DNA of 64,000 bases from an uncultured virus (IMG/VR IMGVR_UViG_3300042564_005422) (Duplodnaviria > Heunggongvirae > Uroviricota > Caudoviricetes), in IMG/VR virus record IMGVR_UViG_3300042564_005422. One strand, written 5' to 3'. Below are positions 10,464-20,140 of the stretch, in pieces. The notes under the pieces are model-generated. The model searched no databases, had not been told where the DNA came from, and saw only the letters and a program-made list of their open reading frames with translations. Numbering within the stretch: position 1 is the first letter of the stretch; each line of letters begins with the position of its first letter. The position numbers and the translations under genes were made by a program.

Positions 10464-11175
10464 TCAAGATATTTCAAAATTAATTAATAAAGAAGTTGGT
10501 AAAACGGCAATAATCTGTGGTACAGGACCTTCTTTGGGGAATTATTTAAACATTTTAGAAAGTAATAATGATTACATTAAAATTTGTTGTAATGAAATTA
10601 ACATTATGACAAAAATAGTCCCTAATTATTGGGTTTTTGCAAATTCCCACCAAACTATACATTCAATGGTAGAAACTTTTAAAAAATTTCCAAATACTAC
10701 TGTTGTACATGCCGATTCTGTTGACACCACCCCTTGGGAATGGATAGTTGAAAATGTAGACACGAACTACTTTAGATATGACCAAAGACATTTTAATGGA
10801 GAAACTTGTACTAATTGTCCAAATAAATGTCATAATTTAAATCCAAAATTTTTAACAATACAAGAATTATTAAAAAATTATACAAATTACGAAAAAATAT
10901 ATAGTACAGGTAGTACAGTTGCGGTACACATGTTGGCTTTAGCGATATTACTTGGGTGTAAAAAAATATATATTTGTGGAGTTGAGTTAAACTACTCATT
11001 AGGGTATGTTTCACCAGACTTTACCAACTACTCAAGTTTTAATCCTCATCTTGATGAGATATTAACCGATTTTGAAATAATTAAACAAAGTGCCGAAAAA
11101 ATAAATGTCGAGATTCAAAATCTAAGTGATATGTCTCATTTAAAGAAAATTTTTAATACTTCTAATATCTTATAA
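10456..11175 (+). CDS. Maf/DUF115- or GT42(Cst)-like CMP-ulosonate transferase
   Basis: IICGTGPSL...CCNE...STVAVHMLALAILLGCKKIYICGVE resembles the GxGPSL...LGxKxIYxxGxD signature. Confidence 0.7.
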   Translation: MTNQDISKLINKEVGKTAIICGTGPSLGNYLNILESNNDYIKICCNEINIMTKIVPNYWVFANSHQTIHSMVETFKKFPNTTVVHADSVDTTPWEWIVENVDTNYFRYDQRHFNGETCTNCPNKCHNLNPKFLTIQELLKNYTNYEKIYSTGSTVAVHMLALAILLGCKKIYICGVELNYSLGYVSPDFTNYSSFNPHLDEILTDFEIIKQSAEKINVEIQNLSDMSHLKKIFNTSNIL

Positions 11176-11178
11176 AAA

Positions 11179-11973
11179 ATGTCACACAAAAATTTAACAG
11201 CTTATAATGGGTATGAAATATTTTACGATAAAAACGAAATGGAAAAATATCGTCAAAATAAATTAAACGATTGTGAAAAAAATTTAAAATTTATAAATTC
11301 TTTTTTTAAAGAAAAAATTAATATTTTAGAATTGGGTTCAGGTAATTCAAAATTATTATATAATTTGAATTTAAAAAATTTACTCAATTTTGGGTACGGA
11401 TTTGAAATAAGTGAAGACAGATTTAATTTTGCGGAAAATTGGAGACGTGATTTAAACATAGAAAATGTTAAAAATATATGTGATAATTTTTTAAATTTAA
11501 AAAAATATAATTTTTCTAATATTGATTTATGTTATATGTCAGATTTATCTTTTCAGTTTTGTGAACCAATATCCGAAGGTTTTGAAATTAAATTATTAAA
11601 GGATGTTTATGAAACTTTGAAAAAAAATGGTAAGATAATAATTGAACTCGATGGGTGTAAAAAAATTTTAGATTCTATTAAAATGGGTGGTAAAATTTGG
11701 GATGAGTTTGATTATCCTGACCCATGGCAATATTCTCTTTGGGATTGTAAATTTGACGACTCAAATAATTTTTTAACGTGGGATAAAACATTTATTTCAA
11801 GGGATGAAAATAAAAAGAGTAATTCGTCGGTAATTTTAAAAATTTATAATAAAGAACAAATAAAAAATTTGTTGTTGTCGGTTGGTTTTAAAAATATTAT
11901 CTTTTTTCAAGATTGGGAGTTAGGTGAATTTAATTGTGATGGTACTGAATTTATTATAATTGCGGAAAAATAA
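11179..11973 (+). CDS. Class I SAM-dependent methyltransferase
   Basis: Motif I ILELGSGNS, followed by GFEIS and LKKNGKIII. Confidence 0.8.
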   Translation: MSHKNLTAYNGYEIFYDKNEMEKYRQNKLNDCEKNLKFINSFFKEKINILELGSGNSKLLYNLNLKNLLNFGYGFEISEDRFNFAENWRRDLNIENVKNICDNFLNLKKYNFSNIDLCYMSDLSFQFCEPISEGFEIKLLKDVYETLKKNGKIIIELDGCKKILDSIKMGGKIWDEFDYPDPWQYSLWDCKFDDSNNFLTWDKTFISRDENKKSNSSVILKIYNKEQIKNLLLSVGFKNIIFFQDWELGEFNCDGTEFIIIAEK

Positions 11974-11974
11974 T

Positions 11975-12646
11975 ATGGTTTGTTTAATTTTAGCTCGGGG
12001 CGGAAGTAAGGGTGTCCCTCAAAAAAATATTAAAGAATTAAATGGAGTTCCACTAATTGGTTACGTAATTGAAGCCGCCAAAAAAACAAGTAACATTAAT
12101 GAAATTTATGTCTCAACAGATTGTCAGGATATTAAAAAAATTTCTTTATCATATGGAGTAAAAATTATTGATAGACCTTTAGAACTATGTCAAGATAATT
12201 CTTTAGATATTGATGCATTTAAACATTTTTGTAATGTTACCAATATAAATTCCCCAATTGTTCATTTAAGAGCCACAACCCCTCTTATAAAACCACATAT
12301 TTTAGATGATGCAATTTTTGAATTTGAAAAAAATAAACATTTGGTTACAAGTCTTAGGTCAGGACATGAAATGTCTGAATCCGCGTATAAATTTTTTATT
12401 AAAAAAAGAGGACTATGGTATCCAATAGTAGAAAATATGGACCAAAATAATCCTAGACAATCGTATCCAAAAACATATGTCCCTAATGGTTATATTGATA
12501 TTGTAAAACCAGAAATTTTTATGAAAGGGGATAACTTATACGGGAAAAAAATATATTCTTATGTAACAAATTTAACTCAAGAAATTGACACAATAGAAGA
12601 TTTTGAGTATATTGAATATCTAATTAAAAATAAAAAATATGTATGA
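11975..12646 (+). CDS. neuA: Acylneuraminate/ulosonate cytidylyltransferase (NeuA family)
   Basis: ILARGGSKGVPQKN, VSTD, RP.EL, L.ATTPL, PNGYI and EIDT.EDF. Confidence 0.9.
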   Translation: MVCLILARGGSKGVPQKNIKELNGVPLIGYVIEAAKKTSNINEIYVSTDCQDIKKISLSYGVKIIDRPLELCQDNSLDIDAFKHFCNVTNINSPIVHLRATTPLIKPHILDDAIFEFEKNKHLVTSLRSGHEMSESAYKFFIKKRGLWYPIVENMDQNNPRQSYPKTYVPNGYIDIVKPEIFMKGDNLYGKKIYSYVTNLTQEIDTIEDFEYIEYLIKNKKYV

Positions 12647-13976
12647 GTTTTCAAAAACCCCAATAGAATGTGTAAAAATAAAAACAAAAAATAGATGTAT
12701 TCAAACTAAAATTCCATCACCGGAAACTATCAAAATAATACAGGATTGTATTAATTACGAACCTAATTCAATGAATGACCAATTACCAATTGTTTGGGAT
12801 TCGGCACTTGATTATTCGGTTTATGATGTTTCAGGTAATAAATGGATTGATTTTACATCTTCAATATTTGTTACAAATGTTGGTCACTCAAACCCTAAAG
12901 TAAAAGAGGCGATTATCTCAAAAACAAATAGGAACTTATTGAACGCCTACTACTACCCAACAAAAGAAAGGTCTGAGTTTTCAAAACTACTTGTTGAAAT
13001 AACCCCTGAAAAATTTGATAAGGTTTTATTTTTATCAACTGGCTCTGAATCAGTTGAATGTGCAATTAAGATGTCAATTAAGTATAACCATAAGAACAAA
13101 GTTATTTCATTTAATAATGGTTATCACGGTAAAACAATGGGTTCCGCAATGGTTGGGGGAAAATTCAAATCACAAGAATGGATACCTGTTAAAACTTACG
13201 TAACACATTTACCATACCCTGACTCAATCACAATAAAAAATGAAAATTTATCTCCTAAAGAATTATTTGAAAAATATTTTAAAGACCTCAACCCTAATGA
13301 GTATTCCGCAGTCATAATGGAACCATATCAAGGATGGTCCGCGGAATTTGCGTCTAAAGAATACATACAATTACTAAGAGAATGGTGTACCAAAAATGAA
13401 GTTTTATTAATCATAGATGAAATTCAATCAGGATTTGGTAGAACTGGTAAACTTTTTGCATATGAACATTTTGAAATTATTCCTGATATTATTGTTTGTG
13501 CTAAAGGCATTTCATCGTCATTACCACTATCTTGTGTCATAACAAACAATAAAATTATTAATACTGATATGTCTTATAATAGTACTCACGGTGGGAATCC
13601 AGTTGCGGTTGCGGCGTCTGAGGCCTCTGTTAAATTCCTTATTGAAAATGATTTAATTAATGAATCAATGAGGAAGGGCAAATTAATGGAGTCTGAGTTA
13701 TTAGAATGGAAACATCAAATGTCAAAATACGTTAAGAAAGTAAATTGCCAAGGTTTGTTAGCTGGAGTTTTTATAGAATCACCTGACGGTAATAATATTG
13801 ATTTTGTTGATAGACTAATTGAAATTGCAATGAGAAAAGGATTGTTATCAATTAGAACTCAATCAGGGACATTAAAAATAGGTCCCCCACTTACTATTTC
13901 AGATGACGCACTAATTGAAGGTATTAACGTATTAAAAGAAAGTTTAATAGAATGTTTAGACACGTTGGAATTGTAG
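12639..13976 (+). CDS. Class III PLP-dependent aminotransferase
   Basis: TGSESVE, YHGKT, IIDEIQSGFGRTG, PDI...AKG and STHGGNP. Confidence 0.92.
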   Translation: MYEFSKTPIECVKIKTKNRCIQTKIPSPETIKIIQDCINYEPNSMNDQLPIVWDSALDYSVYDVSGNKWIDFTSSIFVTNVGHSNPKVKEAIISKTNRNLLNAYYYPTKERSEFSKLLVEITPEKFDKVLFLSTGSESVECAIKMSIKYNHKNKVISFNNGYHGKTMGSAMVGGKFKSQEWIPVKTYVTHLPYPDSITIKNENLSPKELFEKYFKDLNPNEYSAVIMEPYQGWSAEFASKEYIQLLREWCTKNEVLLIIDEIQSGFGRTGKLFAYEHFEIIPDIIVCAKGISSSLPLSCVITNNKIINTDMSYNSTHGGNPVAVAASEASVKFLIENDLINESMRKGKLMESELLEWKHQMSKYVKKVNCQGLLAGVFIESPDGNNIDFVDRLIEIAMRKGLLSIRTQSGTLKIGPPLTISDDALIEGINVLKESLIECLDTLEL

Positions 13977-14365
13977 TAAATGATATCGATAGAATGATTT
14001 GGTTCTATCATAAAATTTTAGGATTAGATATAATGTATGATAAAATTGAAAGTGGACACTTTTTAAACCATATATTAAATTCTAAAGAATTGTCCCCAAG
14101 AATTATTAAGTTAGGTAAAGATAACTCTACAATTGTTGAACTTTTATTTTTTAAAAATTGTGAGTTAATTGAAAAAAATTTGTTTTCTAATGGGTATACT
14201 CATTTCGCACTAACAGTAAAAGATTCTGAAAATTTACACAAAATAATGATAGACAATGGTTTATCAGTGATAAATAATCCAATAATTTCAGATGAAAAAA
14301 CCGTTAAAGTTTTTTTCGCAAAAGACCCTGAAAATAATATAATTGAATTTGTTGAGTTATTATGA
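13952..14365 (+). CDS. VOC/glyoxalase-family protein
   Basis: HVGIVV...FY..ILG, VELL, HFALTV and F.KDPENNIIE. Confidence 0.9.
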   Translation: MFRHVGIVVNDIDRMIWFYHKILGLDIMYDKIESGHFLNHILNSKELSPRIIKLGKDNSTIVELLFFKNCELIEKNLFSNGYTHFALTVKDSENLHKIMIDNGLSVINNPIISDEKTVKVFFAKDPENNIIEFVELL

Positions 14366-15132
14366 AAATTGGGATATTACAGGGTAGGTTAAGTAAACCT
14401 ATCGATAATAAAATGCAAGAGTTTCCAATAGATACTTGGGAAAATGAATTTAATCATATTAAACATATTGGTATATCAGGTATTGAGTGGTTAATTACCC
14501 CAAAAGATAATTTAACCAATCCATTTTTTACTAATAATAATCTTCCTAAAAATATTTTATCCGTATGTGTCGACACTATGGTTAACACAAATTTTTATAA
14601 AAAAAAATTTTTAAATAAAAATTTAATTCCTGTTTTAAATAGAATGACTGAATTAAAAATTAAAAAAGTTGTCATTCCTTTACTTGAGGATAGTTCAGTT
14701 ACTGATATATCAATTAGATATAAATTTTTAAAGAATTTTGTACCTATTTCAGTAAAATATCCAAACATAGATTTTTGTTTTGAATTTGAATGTAAAAAAG
14801 AAATTGTTATGAAAATTGTGAATAGAATGGATAATTTTTTTATTACCTACGACACTGGTAATTTTACATCTTTTTATAAAGAAAATATTAATCACCAAGA
14901 ATTAATACAGTATTTTGGTAATAAAATTAAAAATATTCACATTAAAGATAGAAATTATCAAGGAGAAACAAAATTGTTTGGATTTGGGGATACAAATTTT
15001 AAAGTAATATTTGAAATATTAAAAAAAATTAACTATAATGAAAATGTAATTTTACAACTCGCGAGAGAAGTTGAATGTAACGAAGTAAATTACATATCCG
15101 AAACGTTAAAAAAAATTAATAAAATTATATGA
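14362..15132 (+). CDS. Sugar-phosphate isomerase/epimerase (xylose-isomerase-like TIM barrel)
   Basis: MKIGILQGRLS, IEW, FE, YDTGN and IHIKDR metal-binding motifs. Confidence 0.8.
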   Translation: MKIGILQGRLSKPIDNKMQEFPIDTWENEFNHIKHIGISGIEWLITPKDNLTNPFFTNNNLPKNILSVCVDTMVNTNFYKKKFLNKNLIPVLNRMTELKIKKVVIPLLEDSSVTDISIRYKFLKNFVPISVKYPNIDFCFEFECKKEIVMKIVNRMDNFFITYDTGNFTSFYKENINHQELIQYFGNKIKNIHIKDRNYQGETKLFGFGDTNFKVIFEILKKINYNENVILQLAREVECNEVNYISETLKKINKII

Positions 15133-15947
15133 GAAACTTATTTGATTTAGATGGTAAAATTGCACTTATAACAGGTGCTGGTGGTTTATTGGGTCCAAAA
15201 CACGCCGAAGCTCTCTTAGAGTATGGAGCAAAAGTAATTTTGACAGATGTTAATATGGATAATTTAAAAGAAAAGTATCAGTATCTTTCAGAAAAATATG
15301 GTATAGAAAATATCAGTATAGAATATATGGATGTCACTAAAAAAGACACTATTGAAGTTGTTAGTGAAAAATATGATAGAATTGACATATTAATTAATAA
15401 TGCGGCTAAAGACCCAAAGGTAACAAAAGATGATAATAGTTTAACTCCTGAAACAAGATTTGAGGTTATGAGTGAATCTTACTTTAAAGAAGGGATTGAT
15501 GCAATTATAAATGGAACGTTTATGACTTCTCAAGTTATTTGTAATAAGATGTTAAAAACAGGAGGGGGAGTTGTTTTAAATATTTCATCAGATTTAGGTG
15601 TAATTGCTCCTGACCAAAGAATATATCGTGATGAGTCAAAAAAAGAAGAAGAACAGAACGTTAAACCAATAACATATTCCGCAGCTAAATGGGCGGTAGT
15701 CGGGATGACAAAATACTTATCAACTTATTTCGCAAAAAACAATATAAGAGTCAATTGTTTAAGCCCAACAGGTGTGTATAATGACCATCCTATTGATTTT
15801 GTAAATAAACTAAGTAATATTATCCCAATGGGAAGAATGGCCCATATTGACGAATACAAAGGGGCAATTGTTTTTATGTGTTCTGACGCGAGTTCTTATA
15901 TGACAGGAACTAATTTAATAATTGATGGAGGTAAAACAGTATGGTAA
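15129..15947 (+). CDS. SDR oxidoreductase (resembles PtmA-type SDRs of nonulosonate loci)
   Basis: TGAGGLLG, INNA, YSAAK, IRVNCLSP and DGG. Confidence 0.88.
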   Translation: MRNLFDLDGKIALITGAGGLLGPKHAEALLEYGAKVILTDVNMDNLKEKYQYLSEKYGIENISIEYMDVTKKDTIEVVSEKYDRIDILINNAAKDPKVTKDDNSLTPETRFEVMSESYFKEGIDAIINGTFMTSQVICNKMLKTGGGVVLNISSDLGVIAPDQRIYRDESKKEEEQNVKPITYSAAKWAVVGMTKYLSTYFAKNNIRVNCLSPTGVYNDHPIDFVNKLSNIIPMGRMAHIDEYKGAIVFMCSDASSYMTGTNLIIDGGKTVW

Positions 15948-16828
15948 ACAATAATTTATATTTAGAATTAATAGACCTTAAAATAATCGATAAAAATAAG
16001 ATTGAGGAATTTTATCCATATGTAAGGGATAACAAAAACATACCTGTAATGAGGTGTAAAAAATCAGGAGTTATTTTTCTTAAAAATTTAGACCACGTAT
16101 CAAATGAGCATTATACAGAAATGGAAAATTTTTCATATTGGGAATCTAAAACTAGAGATGAAGCTTTAGAACTGACATACGGAGATGATATTAGAAGATT
16201 TAAATCAATATCCCATCTTATTGAAAATAAATCTTATTTAGATTTTGGGTGTGGTTTAGGTGGAGTATTAGATATGGCAAAACAAGTGACAACCAATGTT
16301 AGTGGTTTAGAGCCACAAAAAAATATCGCAGATAATTTAAGAAAATTAAATTATACCATATTTGAATCAATTGAAGAAATTATTAATAATAATATAAAAT
16401 TTGACGTAATTACTTTATTTCATGTTTTTGAACATGTTCCTAACCCACTTGAAATTTTAGAAAAAATACATACAATACTTAATCCTGATGGGTATTTGAT
16501 AATTGAAGTACCAAATGCAAATGACGCTTTGATTACATTGTATAATTTGGAATCATTTAAAGAATATACTTTTTGGAGTGAACATTTAATTCTTCACACA
16601 AAGAACAGTTTAAAAAAATATTTAAAAATCTCAGGATTTAAAAATATAAAAATAAATGGTTTACAAAGATATGGGTTATCAAATCATTTATATTGGTTAA
16701 AGGACGGTAAACCAGGTGGTCAAAATATTTTTAAAGAGATTAATGGGGGGTCAATTGACCGAGAGTATTTTAAAATTTTAAATAAAAATAATTTAACAGA
16801 TACAATAATTTCAATTTGTCAAAAATAA
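15941..16828 (+). CDS. Class I SAM-dependent methyltransferase
   Basis: LDFGCGLG, FDVITLFHVFEH and GYLIIEVPN. Confidence 0.88.
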   Translation: MVNNNLYLELIDLKIIDKNKIEEFYPYVRDNKNIPVMRCKKSGVIFLKNLDHVSNEHYTEMENFSYWESKTRDEALELTYGDDIRRFKSISHLIENKSYLDFGCGLGGVLDMAKQVTTNVSGLEPQKNIADNLRKLNYTIFESIEEIINNNIKFDVITLFHVFEHVPNPLEILEKIHTILNPDGYLIIEVPNANDALITLYNLESFKEYTFWSEHLILHTKNSLKKYLKISGFKNIKINGLQRYGLSNHLYWLKDGKPGGQNIFKEINGGSIDREYFKILNKNNLTDTIISICQK

Positions 16829-16832
16829 AAAA

Positions 16833-17411
16833 ATGGTAGAAAAAATTATTAAAAATATTAAAAAATCTATTGAACTTAAACAAAATATTTTAAACGATGT
16901 TAACATGTTAAAAAATATTGAGTTAGTTGCAAATAAAATAATCGAATGTTACGGTAGAGGTAACAAAGTTTATTTTTGTGGTAATGGTGGTAGTTTTTCA
17001 GATGCACAACATTTATCTGCGGAATTAAGTGGTCGATTCTATTTTGATAGGAACCCTTTAGAAGTTGTTTTATTAGGTTCTAATTTTTCATATTTAACTG
17101 CAGTAGCAAATGACTACTCATATGATGAAATCTTTTCAAGAGAGATTAAATCATCTTTTAATGAAGGTGATGTGTTAATATCATTCTCAACTTCAGGTAA
17201 ATCTAAAAATGTAATAAAGGCAATTAAATCTATTGAAAATGAACTTGGTCACGTTATTTCTTTTTTGGGTAATGATGGGGGAGAAATTAAAGATATTTCA
17301 GATATATCAATTATCATTCCTTCAAATGATACCGCAAGAATACAAGAGTGTCATATGATTTTAGGTCATACAATATTAGAATTAGTCGAATCTCAAATTT
17401 TCAAAAAATAA
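16833..17411 (+). CDS. gmhA: GmhA-like SIS phosphosugar isomerase (sedoheptulose-7-phosphate isomerase family)
   Basis: CGNGGS..DAQH.SAEL.GRF, TAVANDY, STSG.S.NV and TARIQECH. Confidence 0.88.
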   Translation: MVEKIIKNIKKSIELKQNILNDVNMLKNIELVANKIIECYGRGNKVYFCGNGGSFSDAQHLSAELSGRFYFDRNPLEVVLLGSNFSYLTAVANDYSYDEIFSREIKSSFNEGDVLISFSTSGKSKNVIKAIKSIENELGHVISFLGNDGGEIKDISDISIIIPSNDTARIQECHMILGHTILELVESQIFKK

Positions 17412-17434
17412 TAAAAATAAAAAAAACAAATAAA

Positions 17435-18271
17435 ATGAAAAAAACGTACATTATTGCAGAAATCGGAATTAATCATAATGGTGATTTAGATTTGGCCAAA
17501 GAATTAATTATTAAAGCACAATCATCAGGATGTGATGCAGTCAAATTTCAAAAAAGAGATATTGACTCAGTATATACTAAAGAAGAATTAGATGCATATA
17601 GAGAATCTCCTTGGGGGACAACTAATCGTGAACAAAAAATGGGTTTAGAATTTAGTATTGAACAATACAAAATTTTAGAATCGTTTTCTAATAATTTAGG
17701 TTTGGATTTTATTGTCTCATGTTGGGATTTAAATAGTTTAAAATTGATAAATGAAAATTGTAACGTTAAGTACCATAAAATAGCGTCCGCCTTATTAACC
17801 GACAGAGAATTTTTAAATGGTATTAATGAGACAGGAAAACCTGTAATTGTTTCAACAGGGATGTCAACTGAAGAAGAAATTAATATGGCACTTTCCATTT
17901 TAAAAAATGTTGAGTACGTATTGGCGTGTACAAGTACCTATCCAACTAAAGATGAAGAACTTAATATTAACTATATTAAAACTTTAAAACAAAAATACCC
18001 AAATTATAAAATAGGTTTTTCAAATCACGCAAGTGGATTAATTCCTTGTTTTGCGGCAGTATCAATAGGCTCTGAATGTATTGAGTATCATATTACAAAA
18101 GATAGAACTATGTATGGTTCAGACCAAGCGGCGTCAATTGAACACTCTGAGGAATTAGTTTCAGGAATTAGAAAAATTGAGTCAATTATGGGAGATGGTG
18201 TTAAAGTGGTATACGAAACTGAAAAACCAATTGCAAAAAAACTAAGAAAAGTTAATAATATTTTAAAATAA
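17435..18271 (+). CDS. neuB: NeuB-family PEP-condensing ulosonate synthase lacking the C-terminal SAF/AFP domain
   Basis: IIAEIGINHNG, DAVKFQKR, KIAS, VSTGMS, CTSTYP, GFSNH and IEYHIT. It is 278 aa from ATG 17435. Confidence 0.9.
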   Translation: MKKTYIIAEIGINHNGDLDLAKELIIKAQSSGCDAVKFQKRDIDSVYTKEELDAYRESPWGTTNREQKMGLEFSIEQYKILESFSNNLGLDFIVSCWDLNSLKLINENCNVKYHKIASALLTDREFLNGINETGKPVIVSTGMSTEEEINMALSILKNVEYVLACTSTYPTKDEELNINYIKTLKQKYPNYKIGFSNHASGLIPCFAAVSIGSECIEYHITKDRTMYGSDQAASIEHSEELVSGIRKIESIMGDGVKVVYETEKPIAKKLRKVNNILK

Positions 18272-18574
18272 ATGATTTATTGTTTTGATTTAGATGGTAC
18301 TCTTTGTACCAATACAGACGGTGATTATTTAAACGCAAAACCATTTCATGAAAGAATTAATTTAGTAAATAAACTTTATAATGATGGAAATACCATTCTT
18401 ATAGACACTGCAAGAGGTTCAACAACCGGAATTAATTGGGAGGATATTACATCTTCCCAATTAAAAGATTGGGGAGTTAACTATCATAAATTAAGAGTTG
18501 GAATTAAATTAAATGCCGATATTTTTATTGACGATAAAGCAATAAACGACAATATTTTTTTTGATAAAAAATGA
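18272..18574 (+). CDS. Small capless HAD phosphatase (capsule-biosynthesis type)
   Basis: FDLDGTL, TARG and K...D.FIDDKA. Confidence 0.85.
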   Translation: MIYCFDLDGTLCTNTDGDYLNAKPFHERINLVNKLYNDGNTILIDTARGSTTGINWEDITSSQLKDWGVNYHKLRVGIKLNADIFIDDKAINDNIFFDKK

Positions 18575-19242
18575 ATAAAAAATTAATTAGTGTAATTCTA
18601 CCAAGTAGGGGTAGAATCGAATTTTTATTACAAACATTAAATTCTTTAATTGATAAATGTGATGATATAAATAATATTGAAATATTAGTTAAAGTAGACG
18701 ACGATGATACTGAAACAATTAATGGTTTAAAATCATATGATAAATTTAATTTTATAACTATAGTTGTTTCGGGGCGAAAAAATGGGTACGCATCTCTTAA
18801 TGAATTCTATAATGAACTTTATGAAAAATCTTCAGGGGAATTTATATTTTGTGCCAATGACGATATGACAATAATTACTGATAAATGGGATACTTTAGTT
18901 AAACCGTATTCGGGTGAATTCATTTGTTTACATCATAATCCGGCATTCCCACATAACGAGACTTGGTATTTCCCAATAATATCGAAAAGTATTTTAGACA
19001 TTATTGGGTGTGTATCTAAATCAGTTTTTTATGACGGTTATTTATATTTTATGTTAGATGGTTTAAGTTTATTTAAACAAATAGATTTATCTATTAATCA
19101 CATAAGATTACATGATGAATTAACATCGGACAAATTAGAAACTTTAAAACGATTTGAGGAGACTGAGTGGGAATTTGACACCAAAAGGGGATTAATGGAT
19201 ATTGATAGGCATAAAATTATAGATTATTTAAATGAAAGATAA
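18571..19242 (+). CDS. GT-A/GT2-like glycosyltransferase
   Basis: SVILPSRGR, VDDDD and FCANDD. Confidence 0.8.
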   Translation: MNKKLISVILPSRGRIEFLLQTLNSLIDKCDDINNIEILVKVDDDDTETINGLKSYDKFNFITIVVSGRKNGYASLNEFYNELYEKSSGEFIFCANDDMTIITDKWDTLVKPYSGEFICLHHNPAFPHNETWYFPIISKSILDIIGCVSKSVFYDGYLYFMLDGLSLFKQIDLSINHIRLHDELTSDKLETLKRFEETEWEFDTKRGLMDIDRHKIIDYLNER

Positions 19243-20140
19243 GGAAATAATTTTAATAACTGGTGGTTCAGGAATGGTAGGAAAATCACTTTTAAAATTA
19301 CTACCTCATTCAATATACGTTTCATCAAAAGATTATGATTTAACTAAAGAAGACGATGTTAAACGTATGTTTGAAACACATAAACCAACCAAAATAGTTC
19401 ATTTAGCAGCTAAGGTTGGGGGCATTATTGACAACATAAAAAAACCATACGATTATTTTATTGAAAATATTAAGATGAATACTTACATGGTCGAGTATTC
19501 ATATAAATTTGGGGTTACTCAATTTATTGGAATTTTATCAACGTGTATTTATCCTGATTCAGTAGAAAAATATCCAATGAATGAAACTGATTTACATTTA
19601 GGTCCCCCAACAATTACTAACTTTTCCTACGGTTATTCAAAAAGATGTTTGGCAGTCCAAATAGATTCTTTAAACAAACAATATGGTACTAATTATCAAT
19701 ATTTAATACCTTGTAATTTATACGGTGAAAATGATAAAATGGGAGAAAACAGTCATTTTGTCGCAGCCTTACTTGAAAAGATTATTCAAGCCAATAAACT
19801 ATCACAAAGTGAAATCACTTTATTTGGTTCAGGAAATCCATTAAGACAATTTATGCATTCCGATGATTTAGCTTGGGTTATTAATGAATGTTTAACAAAG
19901 AATATATATGAAAGTTTTAATGTGGCAAATAAAGAAAATTTATCAATCAGAGAAATTGCTGAAATTTCGTTAAACTCTTTAAACTTAGGACATATTAAAA
20001 TTAATTTTGATTCTACAAAACCTGATGGACAATACCGAAAAGATGTGTCAATAGACAAGTTAAATAATTTACTTCCCAATTTTAGTCCATTACCTTTTGA
20101 AAAAGGTATAAAACAAGTTTATGATAAAATTAGTAAGTGA
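19232..20140 (+). CDS. fcl: GDP-L-fucose/colitose synthase (Fcl/ColC family)
   Basis: TGGSGMVG, HLAAKVGGI, STCIYP, YGYSKR, PCNLYG, G.PLRQF and KPDG. Confidence 0.9.
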   Translation: MKDKEIILITGGSGMVGKSLLKLLPHSIYVSSKDYDLTKEDDVKRMFETHKPTKIVHLAAKVGGIIDNIKKPYDYFIENIKMNTYMVEYSYKFGVTQFIGILSTCIYPDSVEKYPMNETDLHLGPPTITNFSYGYSKRCLAVQIDSLNKQYGTNYQYLIPCNLYGENDKMGENSHFVAALLEKIIQANKLSQSEITLFGSGNPLRQFMHSDDLAWVINECLTKNIYESFNVANKENLSIREIAEISLNSLNLGHIKINFDSTKPDGQYRKDVSIDKLNNLLPNFSPLPFEKGIKQVYDKISK

